Source: Sphaeroforma arctica JP610 (Eukaryota). Taken from it: a stretch of 39,467 nt of DNA. A program made the position numbers and the translations under genes. The notes below the pieces were generated by a model, which was not told the DNA's origin, made no database searches, and saw only the letters and a program-made list of their open reading frames with translations. The first letter of the stretch is position 1; each line of letters begins with the position of its first letter. This document shows positions 1-11,689 of the stretch, one piece after another. Where the stretch lies: positions 22,089 to 61,555 of the forward strand of contig NW_014040013.1 in the NCBI RefSeq assembly GCF_001186125.1, read 5' to 3'.

Positions 1-290
1 ATGTATGTTTCCTTGGATGTATGTTTCCGTGGATATGTGTTTCCGTGGATTTATGTTTCCGTGCAGGTATGTTTCCGTGCATGTGTGTTTCCGTGCATGT
101 ATGTTTCCGTGTATGTATGTTTCCGTGCATGTGTGTTTCCGTGCATGTATGTTTCCGTGCATATATGTTTCCGTGCATGTGTGTTTCCGTGGCTGTATGT
201 TTCCGTGCATTTATGTTTCCTTGGATGTATGTTTCAGTGGATGTATGTTTCCGAGCATGTATGTTTCATTGGATGTGTGTTTCCGTATCA
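1..290. repeat. Intronic minisatellite, 16-bp unit (GTATGTTTCCGTGCAT), about 18 copies
   Basis: Periodicity is directly visible; it explains the three overlapping repetitive ORFs at 1-348. Confidence 0.95.
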
Positions 291-506
291 TTCGTCCTCG
301 TGTCTAACCCTGTTTAGTGCGTTGAGTTTGTCAACTGCATTGTCGTAAGGCGACCCCTGTCGAGTACTCACAGTGCGCGTGCCTAGTTACTGTTGCTAGG
401 CGTGTTCACTATACCTGCTTCGTAATGTTGGCACGTGAGCTGTTGCCAAACACGTACGGAAGGGAATGCGTTAATATCTTCTGTGGCTTGTGTGCACCTG
501 CGCGGA

Positions 507-780
507 CGGACTGTCTGTGAAGTGTATCTAAATGTTATATCAGCAGTATAAATCCAGGTTTATGGGGTGTGAAGGATGCACTCACTGTGTGAACTGACTG
601 TCTGTGTAGTATATCTAAATGTTATATCAGCAGAATAAACTCAGGTTATGGGGTGTGAAGGATGCGCTCACTGTGTGAACTGACTGTCTGTGAAGTATGT
701 CTAAATGCTACACCGGCAGAATAAACCCAGGTTTATGAGGTGTGCAAGATGCGCTCACTCCGTAAACTGACTGTTTGTTG
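507..780. repeat. Intronic tandem repeat, about 87-bp unit, about 3 copies
   Basis: GACTGTCTGTGAAGT...CAGGTTTATGGGGTGTGAAGGATGC..CTCACT recurs. Confidence 0.9.
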
Positions 781-798
781 TGCTAATTAATACATTAG

Positions 799-3019
799 GA
801 GAACAAGGTCAGGTTTATGGCGTCGGAGGAGAGGAAGAGGAAGCGACTGGCGGCAGAGATGGATGAAAAGTAAGTAACACCCATGATAACACAATGCAAC
901 AGTTCAGCTACAGCTAGGCTACAGGTAAGCTACAGCTGGCTATACTTGTGCGCAAGAAGACTTGGTGTCAATTTCTGGTTGCGCACTGGCCAAATGAGGA
1001 TACACGGTATGCGTTCGCATGAACGTACGAATGTATAACTCAAAATGTAAACAGCCTGGTTGTTCGTGTGCTTCGAAATGGTGTGGTTGTTCATATGTCT
1101 GTGATTTAAATGTTCTATTTGTGTACGTGTCTTTAAATGTTTTATTTGTTCATGTGTCTTTAAATGTTTATTTGTTCATGCGTCTTTAAATGTTTATTTG
1201 TTCATGTATCTTTAAATGTTCTACTTGTGTATGTATCTTTGTGTGTGAGACATTAAATGTTCTATTTGTGTAAGTGATTTAAAATGTTCTATTTGTTCAT
1301 GTGTCTTTAAATGTTTTACTTGTGTATGTGTCTTTAAATGTTCACTTGTGTATGTATCTTTAAATGTTCTATTTGTGTATGTGACTTTAAATGTTCTATT
1401 TGTTCACGTGTCTTTAAATGTTCTACTTGTGTATGGGTCTTTAAATGTTGGTGTTTGTTCATGTATCTTTAAATGTTCTATTTGTGTATGTGACTTTAAA
1501 TGTTCTATTTGTTCACGTGTCTTTAAATGTTCTACTTGTGTATGGGTCTTTAAATGTTGGTGTTTGTTCATGTGTCTTTAAATGTTCTATTTGCGCATGT
1601 GTCTCTAAATTGATTGTTGGTGTTTGCTGTCTCTGTTGATCAGGATTAGACACATGAATCAGCAGTCGGCTGAACAGGCCGAGGCGGAGATGTCGGAGAT
1701 CAACGAGTACAATGAACTCAGGAAAGAGAAGATGCACCTCAAGAACCAGGTAAGTCTACATAAACAGTGTACGTCGGCTGCTCAGGAGTACGTATATACT
1801 TAGTAAACGCGTCTTACCCAGGTATTATATATCTTACGAGTGTAATATCGGGACATACTATATGTAAATAGTGGTTTCCTTTCTCCTACACAGCATGCTA
1901 ATGTGATCTGGGTTTTTCTTTCTCCCACACAACATACTTTATGTAAACAGTGGTTTCTTTTCTCCCACACAACATGCCTCATGTAAACTGGGCTTTTCTT
2001 TCCCCCACACAGAGCGCGGACGAGGCTTCAAAGCGCAAATACGACAAACAAGTGGAAGAATTCCACCAGAACTTCGAAACACACCTTGAACAACTAACAG
2101 CCAGGCAGAAGCTAGAGATGGAGTCATTGGCCCACAAAGTATGTGCGTGTTAATCAGGCAACAGAGTGTGGGAGTGTGCGTGTACGTGAGTGAGTGTTGT
2201 CGACGATTGCGTGTGGTTGGGAAGCCCATCAGGCGGGGAGAAAGGGGTTTACATTTCCTGATATATTGTACACCCGGTTAAGTAAACGGATCAAAGTTTC
2301 CAAATAGAACGATGCTGTTTCATAGCAGGTAGTGCACACGTGCGTCAGAAACGAACTACGCGCATTTCTCCCAATCAATAAGTGTAGTAACAGACGTAGC
2401 ACGGAGATTGACTACTGGAGTATAAGTCACATATATAGTAGCACACATCCTTACCCTTTGATTAAATATACCTCATTCGTATAGTAACACACATACATAC
2501 CCTTTAAGTATACCTCATTCGTATAGTAGCACACATCCTTACCCTCTGATTAAATATACCTCATTCGTATAGTAACACACGTCCATACCCTTTATGTATA
2601 CCTCATTCGTATAGTAACACACATCCTTACCCTTTAATGAAGTATATCTCATTCGTATAGTAACACGCATCCTTACCCTTTGATTAAGTATACCTCATTC
2701 GTATAGTAACACACATCCTTACCCTTTGATTAAGTATACCTCATTCGTATAGTAACACACATCCTTACCCTTTGATTAGGTATACCTCTTTCGTATAGTA
2801 ACACACATCATCACCCTCTGATTAGGTATACCTCATTCGTATCCTTACCCTTTGATCAGGTATACCTCATTCGTATAGTAACACCCATCCTTACCCTTTT
2901 GCACCCCCCAGTACGTACAATTGCGAGATCAAGTGATTGAGAAGTGGTCCAACGCGGCCGCGGGCGGGTCGAGTGTGTCGTTGAACAACAGTTCGCAGTC
3001 CGGACTCAACTTGGTGTAA
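799..3019 (+). CDS. 3' end of a multi-exon coiled-coil protein, possibly an SLK/STK10 (LOK)-like Ste20 kinase tail; 5' part lies outside the window
   Basis: Exons 799-869, 1644-1749, 2013-2138, 2912-3019 have AG/GT borders and join in frame: ENKVRFMASEERKRKRLAAEMDEKIRHMNQQSAEQAEAEMSEINEYNELRKEKMHLKNQSADEASKRKYDKQVEEFHQNFETHLEQLTARQKLEMESLAHKYVQLRDQVIEKWSNAAAGGSS...NLV*. Family call is from remembered similarity and is weaker than the exon call. Confidence 0.75.
1100..1625. repeat. Intronic minisatellite, about 27-bp unit (TCTTTAAATGTTCTATTTGTTCATGTG)
   Basis: Visible periodicity; 9-aa period in the spurious ORFs 1348-1639. Confidence 0.95.
1860..2012. repeat. Intronic repeat, about 40-bp unit, ending at the splice acceptor
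   Basis: ATGTAAA...TTTCTCCCACACA occurs about 4 times; the last copy supplies the CAG acceptor. Confidence 0.8.
2435..2900. repeat. Intronic minisatellite, 46-bp unit, about 10 copies
   Basis: GTATACCTCATTCGTATAGTAACACACATCCTTACCCTTTGATTAA repeats up to the acceptor at 2911. Confidence 0.95.
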
Positions 3020-3530
3020 GTGTAGCGTGTGTGTGCAGCCATTGCGCTGGCTGGGTGTGCGGCTCCGTAAGCCTGAAGCCTTAAGTTACCCGCACACGCA
3101 CCACATCCAGCGCAAAGGCCCAGTCATTAGACCAAGTAGAGTTTGTAGTAGTATTAAACGTGCTTGTTATATATAGATAACATGTACATACCAAGTTGAA
3201 TTTGTATTTTTATTAAACGTGCCTGTCACAGATATATAACATGTTCGTGTCTGGCTGGTCTTTGTATGCGTTCGGTTTGTGTGCGCTCGTTTCGCAAGTC
3301 GCTTCTATGAGCCGTAATTGTGCAGCCCAAGGTAACGTCCATGTCGTTGTGTGTTGGACCACTGACACACATGCTCTCGCATCGCATCATTGCATACATG
3401 CTCTCACATCGCATTCATTACACACATACTCTCACATCGCATTCATGGCACACACACACTCTCACATCGCATTCATTCCATTGCAGTTCGTCTATCCGCT
3501 CCTCCTCATCGATGTCTAGTCACCGCAGCT

Positions 3531-4118
3531 TTAGGACGTGAGGTAGCGCACCTCTATCGCCGAAAGCCTTCTAAACAGTACACCCCCCGGTGGCATGAGT
3601 GTGAGCGTACCTGAGCTCTACGGCGGCATAGTATAATGGCCACAGACTCAGTTTTAGGGGTTTAGAGTTGGCTTGAGCGTACCTGAGCTCTACACCGACA
3701 TAGTATACTGGCCACAGACTCAGTTTTTGGGTTCTAGAGTTGTGGCTTGAGCGTACTTGAGTTCTACGCCGGCATAGTATACTGGCCACGGGCTCAGTTT
3801 TAGGATTTTAGGGTTGGCTTGAGCGTACTTGAGCTCTACGCCGGCATAGTATACTGGCCACAGACTCAGTTTTTGGGTTCTAGAGTTGGCTTGAGCGTGT
3901 TCTACGCCGGCATAGTATACTGGCCACAGACTCAGTTTTAGGATTTTAGGGTTGGCTCGAGCGTACCTGAGCTCTACGCCGGCATAGTATACTGGCCACA
4001 GGCTCAGTAGAGTACCATACCAGAGTGCCTTGGATGGTTCCGCTAGTATGCGCTTGGCGGTGCCATAGACTACTTGGCGATGTCCATCGCGCAAGCACTG
4101 GACAGCCCACGCCTGCAC
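3531..4118 (-). CDS. Probable last two exons of an unidentified gene
   Basis: Exon 4118-3967 (TACTAAG branch-like site, TTTAG acceptor, AG|GTACGC donor) joins exon 3570-3531 (TTTAG acceptor, TAA) in frame: VQAWAVQCLRDGHRQVVYGTAKRILAEPSKALWYGTLLSLWPVYYAGVELRRLSAIEVRYLTS*. No family recognised. Confidence 0.45.
3602..4008. repeat. Tandem repeat, about 72-bp unit, about 6 copies, made of exon end + donor site + telomere-like spacer
   Basis: GAGCGTACCTGAGCTCTACGCCGGCATAGTATACTGGCCACAGACTCAG followed by TTTTAGGG/TTTAGAG-like filler. Confidence 0.92.
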
Positions 4119-4212
4119 CTAAACTTAGTATCGAATAAACAAAACCAGCCGTCCAGTGGGTCCAATAGTATTCACACGTGGTGTTGTCCCGTTTGTTTGT
4201 TTTTTCTGTGTA

Positions 4213-4303
4213 TTCAAGGCCACGGGTAGATCATATAGTAACTAGCCCTGTTTGCTTAGTGGTAGAAACAAGCCGTACCGGTAGCGTGTGTTATGAGATT
4301 TTG
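4213..4303 (+). repeat. Dispersed direct repeat of about 91 bp, copy 1 (copy 2 at 10732-10823)
   Basis: TTCAAGGCCACGGG..GATCA.ATAGTAACTAGCCC.GTTTGCT..AGTGGTAGAAACAAGCCGTACCGGTA.CGTGTGTTATGAGATTTTG at both sites. Confidence 0.9.
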
Positions 4304-5250
4304 TCGCCACCTTTTTTGTCATCACCGTCCTTGATATTTCCTTTCTTGTCGCCATTATCGTCACCATTATCGCCACCGTCGTCACAATCACACCTATTTG
4401 ACCCAGCTCGGTAATCTCGTGAACGGTATCGTAAATATGCGTCCTGGATTAAGTGTATGTCACTGTTTGTCATTTGGTATACGTGCGCAGTCAATTTGTG
4501 TTGGATACATTGCTTGAGATACGCGGCATTCATGATACCGTAAGATAAGCGACAGTCAATGCCCGTATCGAGCCGAGTTTTATCAAACCGTACTTGTTTA
4601 AAACGCACGATTCATCCACTCTAGTCGCTGTCGGACCAGTATGACCAAACCCTACAACATGAATTAAAGCGTGCAATACACTGGCGGGCCACGCGTCGGT
4701 CGACACAGATAGTTCGGCTGACGGTAGAATAAGATTTATACCATAAGTATCCCGTCTAAAGTTTCCCAATTTGACCGATAACTACAGTCCTTATCCCAGA
4801 ACGCGACACGAACGTGTGAACTTTCAGCCGCGACGTCGACATAATAAAACACTGGACCTACGACGTGCTCAATGTCTATGGCGGCCCTATTGAACATCCC
4901 AAACTCCTCCAATCCTCCATTCCTAAACGCTACAGCAAACTCCACGTCGCGCGGTCCCACGGTTCTATATTCCCTTGTTTCGGGAGTATACAGGATATCA
5001 CCATTTATATCAATGCACACTGTGAGTGTTAACTTATCGTGAATCGCGACTCCATTGAAATTCGAAATCGCGAATCGCGACTCTATTGAAATTCAAAATG
5101 AACAAGTATATCTGATTGAACTGATTCGCCGAGTCGGCTCGGTCATACCCAACGCGGCACTGAGACCGCCACCAGTGGCGCCGCAAGCTACGGATGTTAT
5201 CCACACCCGCGCCGGCGGTGGTAGCAGTGGTATCGATTACGTGCTACATA
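4291..5250 (-). pseudogene. Frameshifted intronless metzincin (MMP-like zinc metalloprotease) remnant
   Basis: ORFs 4736-5020, 4530-4769 and 4291-4608 overlap in successive frames. They contain HALIHVVGFGH (4673-4641; HExxHxxGxxH with E to A), a Met-turn-like SYGIMN and a C-terminal TNSDIHLIQDAY helix typical of metzincins. The 5' boundary is approximate. Confidence 0.6.
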
Positions 5251-7319
5251 TTAAATGCCTGGCATATCAATCTCTATTATTGTATACCTACTGCCTTCAT
5301 ACACGAGAGCGGACGGTCGCAAGCGTTCACTTCTTCTATATATTGTGTGTTTGATTCTTACAGAGTTGAAACATTAAAGGAATGCTTACTGGTAACATAA
5401 ACAACATCTCGTATAGAGCAACGATCTTCACTCGCTCAACCTCGCTGATCGTGAGCGTTCTGTCATACAGCCCGCGTGTGAGAAATATTATTCGACGTAC
5501 ATGGGTCAAGTCGATGTATCAGATGCACTTTCTGCTCGGAATAAATTGACGGGCTTTGGCCGTAGGAGGAGTATGAGTCCCACGATGATCTGCTACTAGT
5601 AGATGTTGAGGAGAGTTGGAAGAAAGCTTTCCCGCATTCTTGTCGTTTGCGAATAGACATCTGACGTTTTGTAGCATCTAGGGAGAAGATTATCATAAAG
5701 CCAATCGAAATCCCAAAACCCAGAATAATCAAATATTGAGTTTTGGAATTAGAAATGGAGTATTTTTGATATTAGAGTCATCAGAAATATTAGCGGTAGA
5801 ACCGTTAAGCTATACCGGGACTCCGCGTGTGAGAGAAACACTCAAGTAAATCCTGAGTCTAGTGAAAACACAAATAAAGACTCAGTCCGGTTCTCTCAGA
5901 TTAAGGACTTTTCCTAGCTGAGATAGCCGTACTTGAGAAGAGGTATATTGTATCCCTTGAATCGTAACTTCCAGCTACTCATAACACTACATTATTTACA
6001 CTATCCTTATAGATAAGTCAACTATAATCTGTGACACAAGCAACTCACGAAAGTACCAAAAGGAAGTTCAAATATCAAAGAATAGTGATTCAAGAACTCT
6101 ATTTATTTTGCACTAAGAAGTAGAAGTGGGCAACAAGCTCAACTTTGAAGCGAAGGAAGAAGCGGAGGTCAATAAGAGGAACCGACGAGAGAGAAAACCC
6201 ACCTAGAAGCGAAGCCGACGCAAGGTAAACTGGAACAGGAAGAAAAGAAGCTTGCCTGGGCACAGTAGAACCCACAAAGACAACAGGTGAACTTCTTAAG
6301 TAACAACAGATAATTTTCTGATAAGTGAAAGTGAGTTACAAGGAGTGTGTTTTCGAAAAGTGTCACGGTGATTAATTCATCAATGTTGGGGATTTTACAA
6401 ATCTGAGAAAGTGTCAATCAACATCGTGGTTATATAAATGTTCCCACAATAGAATATACGTCCTAGCAAATCAGACGGGGCTCAACATCACGATTGCAAC
6501 AGAAGTACAAGCGCAAAGGGGCTTAGGCTCACAAAACAAGGCATTGGAAAAGGCACACTCCTCTAGCCGAGCAATGTATCACAGAGATCATTTCAATCTA
6601 TAAAAGAGAACATATCGCATTAAGACATCCAGTTAAGTCCATCAAGGATAACACGATTCCATTGCACAACAAGAAGCAAGTAATAGCTCACAAGAAGATG
6701 CACAACACAGAGTCAGTAACATTTCCACACTAGAGAGAATTGACTAAGAAAATTAAGATAGAAAAATAAATTTATCGATCAGATGCTTGGATGAACCAAC
6801 TACAAACACAACACAATAAGCATAAATAGTGTAACGACAGCAGAGCAACACACAAACCATAATACCCACAAACAGAAACACAGTTAGCGAAGCACATGCT
6901 AAATCATAAAGATGCAAATCTTAAATCATAGATCAACAACTAGGGGATGCAATAAAAGGGTATGCAGTTTTAAATCTTAGAACATCAAAGGGTATGAAGG
7001 TTTAAATCTTAGAACATAACATGTGTGCGAAATAATTGAAGGAGTTGTTCGAGAAGGTTCACTAAGAACACAGACATAACTCGACACAATCACAGGCAAT
7101 AATAGAAGAAGCTTTCAATCGATCAGATCTCAAAAAAAACAAGCATCTAAAACTCCTTCGAGCCAAACAAGTGATACCACACAATCGAACAATGCGCATA
7201 GAGAAATACAAAAATAGAACACACACAAAGAAACAAGTAATCAAGAACTAGTATGACCAAGCGGATCAGGTACGAAGCCAAAAGATCACATAGCGGTCAC
7301 AGAACGAAATTACATCAAA

Positions 7320-7675
7320 TATCAGAAGGGGCAGGTTTCATTTCCACAGGAGAGTGGTTTTTCTAAAATGGCAAAGCACCATCATTACCCCATCGCGGAA
7401 GGGAGAAAACTGTTCTCCATAACCGCACTAGAACTATTGGCGGTTATCTATATGGCGGACACATTTGGTTTAGTGTGGAAAAATCGACATATAGTGACTC
7501 TGCCGACAATGAAGGGGCCGTTGCAAACGTAAAAACGCGCACCAGCCCAGTTGCAGATATACTCAGTCTTCTGCGACTATTAACGGAGATTGAAGCATCA
7601 TTCGACATTGAGATCTCCTGCGAACACGTACCAGGAGTTAATAATGAGATCGCGGACTATATATCCCGCGATTGA
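7320..7675 (+). pseudogene. RNase H domain, DIRS1 type
   Basis: FSITALELLAVIYMADTFGLVWKNRHIV /frameshift/ ADNEGAVANVKTRTSP...LLRLL...EHVPGVNNEIADYISRD. Confidence 0.88.
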
Positions 7676-8019
7676 CCGAATGATGCAAAAGCAATGTCCC
7701 CTAATATGCACCCGTACCCAACACCGCTGGGTCACTGTGCGCGACTACAAGAAACCGCATTCGCAGCTCACCAACGCAGAGCTATATTGTAAACAAATGC
7801 ACAGGCTTTATCATTTATTTAATAAATATATTGTACGTAGCACTAATCGCGAATCTGCTTCACTAACACCCTTTGTATAGGTCGCCCCAGCCTTCTGCCT
7901 TTCCATCGGATGTCAGTCTCCCGACCGCGTTCACTCCCGCGATAACAGGCGCACCATTGCGTCACTTCCTGCAGGAAGTCTTTCAAATCGTCACAGCAGC
8001 TTGAACGCGCGCCAGTAGC

Positions 8020-8910
8020 AGTACTGTTCAACGGCACTATTTAGACTTGGCAGTTCATGAAGGCTTGATATCGTCGGCAGAAATTCTTGCAGGCAACCTA
8101 CCGGCAGGCGAGGACATATGGCTGTTGTTCATTGGCTGGCTGGTCATGCGGGGACGACAACCCGAATCCATTGCCTCATACATGTCAGGCGTACGGCGTA
8201 TGTACAAGATGGCTTGCGCAGATTATTCCGCCTCACAGATCCCTGCGCTGGTACTCCTTCGAAAAGGGATTAAGCGTTGACAGGCTGAACATAGCCTATT
8301 GCGCATTAAGAGGGAACGAGACGGTGTTACACCACGTTTGCTGCTTTTAAGTTTTTCTCCTGTATTCAAATGCTACATGCCAGATATTTAATGGGTTCGT
8401 GTATGGACTATTAGGCTGCTAGGTGTGTTTTGTTTATTTAGAAGTGGTCAGCTTACAACCCACCCGCAACTGCAACCGTATTTCAATTACATTCATGTGA
8501 ATCGTCCGGGGGTCCGTGTGTATCCCGATCGCATCCTATTAGCACTCTCTTCGTCAAAGACGCAACAATTCAGGACTGCAACTATCCGAATTCAAAAGCT
8601 ACCAGAAGCTTATAACGATATCTGCCCTAAATATCACCTTCTGTTGTGGCTTTCGCTCACAACAAAAGAACATTTTGACAGCCACCTCTTCGCTCTGCAC
8701 AATGTCGCAGTTACAAAAGCCGAGTGATCACGCAAGTTCAAGCACTTAGTTAAAGCATCTGGTTGTCTGGACCCCCAAAAAAATACTCCGGGCACTCACT
8801 GCGCATCGGTGGCCTATCTGCTTTGAAAGAATCTGGGTTGTCCGATAGGAGTGAAGATCCTTTGGCGGTGAACCTTGGATACCCACCTTATTTACTGGCG
8901 CCTATCCAAG
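8020..8910 (+). pseudogene. Tyrosine recombinase of a YR retrotransposon
   Basis: Core-binding part LFIGWL...SIASYMSGVR, catalytic FCLFRSGQL, SSKTQQ, ICP, YSGHSLRIGG and a decayed 'RW.D...Y.R' box; internal stops and frameshifts. Confidence 0.9.
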
Positions 8911-9046
8911 ATAGATCATGCACGTACAGCATACACGTACGTGAAATAACTAAACACTACACAATCAACACAGGCGCTCTCGCCGAACAATACCTCATCG
9001 CAATGAATTCTCCAAGCCTTGGGAACAGCTCGAAGAGCGTATTCTG

Positions 9047-9165
9047 GTTGCGGCGTTCGTGGAAGTCTTTCCGAGCTTGTGTAGGCATGATGCAGACAGC
9101 GCGTCTGGTACATCATGTGCGCACGCACCACACAAGCCTCACAGCAAAAACCAAAACGATTTCAT
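9047..9165 (+). repeat. Dispersed direct repeat of about 118 bp, copy 1 (copy 2 at 10107-10225)
   Basis: GGTTGCG.CGTTC.TGGAAGTCT...GCGCGTCTGGTACATC.TGTGCGCACGCACCACACAAGCCTCACAGC.AAAACCAAAACGATTTCA at both sites. Confidence 0.9.
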
Positions 9166-9624
9166 TGCTTTTACGGCACAGCTGTACAAAAGTTGAAAGC
9201 TGTGGCTTTTTGTGCTTCAGTGTTAAAAAAATGCTACGAGACTCAAAATAGCTAGGATAGCAAGTAGACGCTAATTGGAGATAATGATTAGGAAAGCCAA
9301 GTGCACCGAGGGCACAGTGTGATTGTTAGAGTGACATGTAGTAGACTTTAAATAAAGTGCAAATGTATGTATTTATTTCTGACCTCATCTTTGGTTTTAC
9401 ATCTAGGGTGTTTGTGCTAGTGTTCAGCCGCTTGGGCTGGCCAGGGTAAAAACTCATATTGTCAGTATGAGAAACCTTATGCGGAACACTTTAACACTTC
9501 GATGCGTTTCTATTTCGACTTCTCTGCAACTAAATCTCACGCTGATCCCATGATGCCTTTCCGCATAGGTTGTGACTCACATAGAACCGCAGCTATTATT
9601 AGAATGTTGCGGTTGACAGGTTTA

Positions 9625-9810
9625 ATCCACTCTCGGGAATCGGCTGAGAAACTTAATCTGCTCTCGGAATTCGGTTAAGAAATAACTGCACTCTTGGGAG
9701 TAATTTAAAACTTGATTAGCTCTCGGGAGTGAGCTAACTCTGATGACAGCTCTCGGGAGTGAGCTAACTCTGATGACAGCTCTCGGGAGTGAGCTAACTC
9801 TGATGACTTC
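9625..9810. repeat. 30-bp tandem repeat (GCTCTCGGGAGTGAGCTAACTCTGATGACA), 3 good copies plus degenerate ones
   Basis: Directly visible at 9718-9808. Confidence 0.9.
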
Positions 9811-10106
9811 CAAAAATCAAAGATGGCTTGATGCTGTAAAATCTGGCCTGAGACCTGTAGTCTCTCAGTGATAGCGATTGCAAAACATAGAATAGATATT
9901 TGGTAAAATATTAGTGGACGTTATATGTATAATTGATGGGTGTCAAGAACAACCAAAATCACACTTCCGCGCACACACTAGTCGACGGCAAAATAAGGGA
10001 ATCAAAGCACTACTCACCCACCCTACAATTGAAAAGTCCAGTATGTAAAATTATAGTTTAAAAAGCTTTTAAGAGCAAATAAAAACCGTTAGCTTCCGCG
10101 GACCCG

Positions 10107-10225
10107 GGTTGCGCCGTTCATGGAAGTCTGTCCGAGTTTGTGTGAGCATAATGCGGGCAGCGCGTCTGGTACATCGTGTGCGCACGCACCACACAAGCCT
10201 CACAGCGAAAACCAAAACGATTTCA
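10107..10225 (+). repeat. Dispersed direct repeat of about 118 bp, copy 2
   Basis: Matches 9047-9165. Confidence 0.9.
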
Positions 10226-10242
10226 AATGGTTTACAACATAC

Positions 10243-10248
10243 TATATA

Positions 10249-10296
<48 letters not shown>

Positions 10297-10587
10297 CTAT
10301 ATATAGTATACTATATAGTATATACGTATAGTANNNNNNNNNNNNNNNNNNNNNNNNNNNNNNNNNNNNNNNNNNNNNNNNNNNNNNNNNNNNNNNNNNN
10401 NNNNNNNNNNNNNNNNNNNNNNNNNNNNNNNNNNNNNNNNNNNNNNNNNNNNNNNNNNNNNNNNNNNNNNNNNNNNNNNNNNNNNNNNNNNNNNNNNNNN
10501 NNNNNNNNNNNNNNNNNNNNNNNNNNNNNNNNNNNNNNNNNNNNNNNNNNNNNNNNNNNNNNNNNNNNNNNNNNNNNNNNNNNNNNN
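10243..10587. repeat. (AT)n microsatellite running into an assembly gap
   Basis: TA run, then Ns at 10334-10587. Confidence 0.95.
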
Positions 10588-10731
10588 GGCGTTTGTCTCA
10601 CTGTTACGTACTACACGCAAGCCCCATTAACCTATGAACAGGTAGATAATGATCTTGTAGGTTAATATATCGATACAACAGACACTTTCGACAGAGGGTT
10701 CTCTTGGCTATTGTTCCATGGGCTATTAGTG

Positions 10732-10823
10732 TTCAAGGCCACGGGAAGATCACATAGTAACTAGCCCCGTTTGCTCTAGTGGTAGAAACAAGCCGTACCG
10801 GTAACGTGTGTTATGAGATTTTG
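10732..10823 (+). repeat. Dispersed direct repeat of about 91 bp, copy 2
   Basis: Matches 4213-4303. Confidence 0.9.
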
Positions 10824-11689
10824 ACTGTCTCTCGCAGTATATACTGAACTGAGTGGAATGGCAGTTAGTGCGCTAAGCCCATTCTAGTCCGATTCCGACC
10901 GGTATTATAGACCTGAAGGGATAATGAATTGTACACAGCCAGGCAGTGTAGCACCTTCCTGGTGGTGGAGTATATTTAAGTAAATCTCGTTTGCAAAACT
11001 TAAATCAACTGTCACGCTGATGGGAACCGTTCCAGCAGTAATCACCCCAACACTTCACGCCTGGATCTCTGATCAACTAACCAATCCCCGGGGTACACCA
11101 CAGAAAACCAAGTGCTTGTTCAAGAGGATAACATAGAACTTTAATTCAAAAGTATAATTTCTAAGCCGTATAATAACAATTTGGTGCCGTGTTTCTGCGC
11201 TCCGAGTAAAAAAATTGTGCGGCAACCATTCTATTCATATACAAGCTGGGTAACCCGATAGTGTACTGAAAAACCGTACAGTTACAGAGACATACCCCTG
11301 AGCCTGCCAAGGATGCTTCTGCTTCGTTGAGAGGAACCACTTGGCCTTCTGATGAGACCATGATTCCAACTAATTTCCTTCGCACTACCGGCAACGTTAC
11401 ATGATTCATACTGAGGTAGTATCGTATGGGCAGCGAACAACAGCCACAAATATGGGTATATTTTCGTATATATATATATTGCATTCTAATGAAGACTACA
11501 TATTTTATTTAGAGTATATTAATTTTAGAGGTGACGCGCCAAAAAACAATTCACCAGCAATCTCATAGCTTTAGCCTGCTTCTCTGTTATTTAAAACAAA
11601 TAATTTGGAATAAAAAGAGGCTATGCTTATAGCCATAACCACTATTTAATAATTTTATTAATTTTTGTTCTTTCAGGTCTCTTCTCTCT

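Larger units (their letters stand above)
7300..8960 (+). mobile_element. Decayed tyrosine-recombinase retrotransposon (DIRS order, Ngaro-like), RT missing
   Basis: DIRS-type RNase H followed by a YR ORF; many stops and frameshifts; ends not defined. Confidence 0.85.

Noticed and set aside
1..348. Three overlapping Cys/Val-rich ORFs
   Set aside because: Translations of a 16-bp minisatellite.
2435..4008. Regular repeats resembling CRISPR arrays
   Set aside because: Units are contiguous with no unique spacers, no cas genes are present, and the context is eukaryotic introns.
5463..5732. 89-aa minus-strand ORF with hydrophobic start
   Set aside because: No ATG start, no recognisable motif and no convincing splice partners.
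10120..10665. ORFs crossing N runs (also 21255-21818 and 26351-26764)
   Set aside because: Artefacts of microsatellites and assembly gaps.
10830..11689. Possible decayed gene or DNA transposon hosting the LTR insertion (continuing at 17149-17260)
   Set aside because: Frames I read contain stops and I could not identify a reliable motif.
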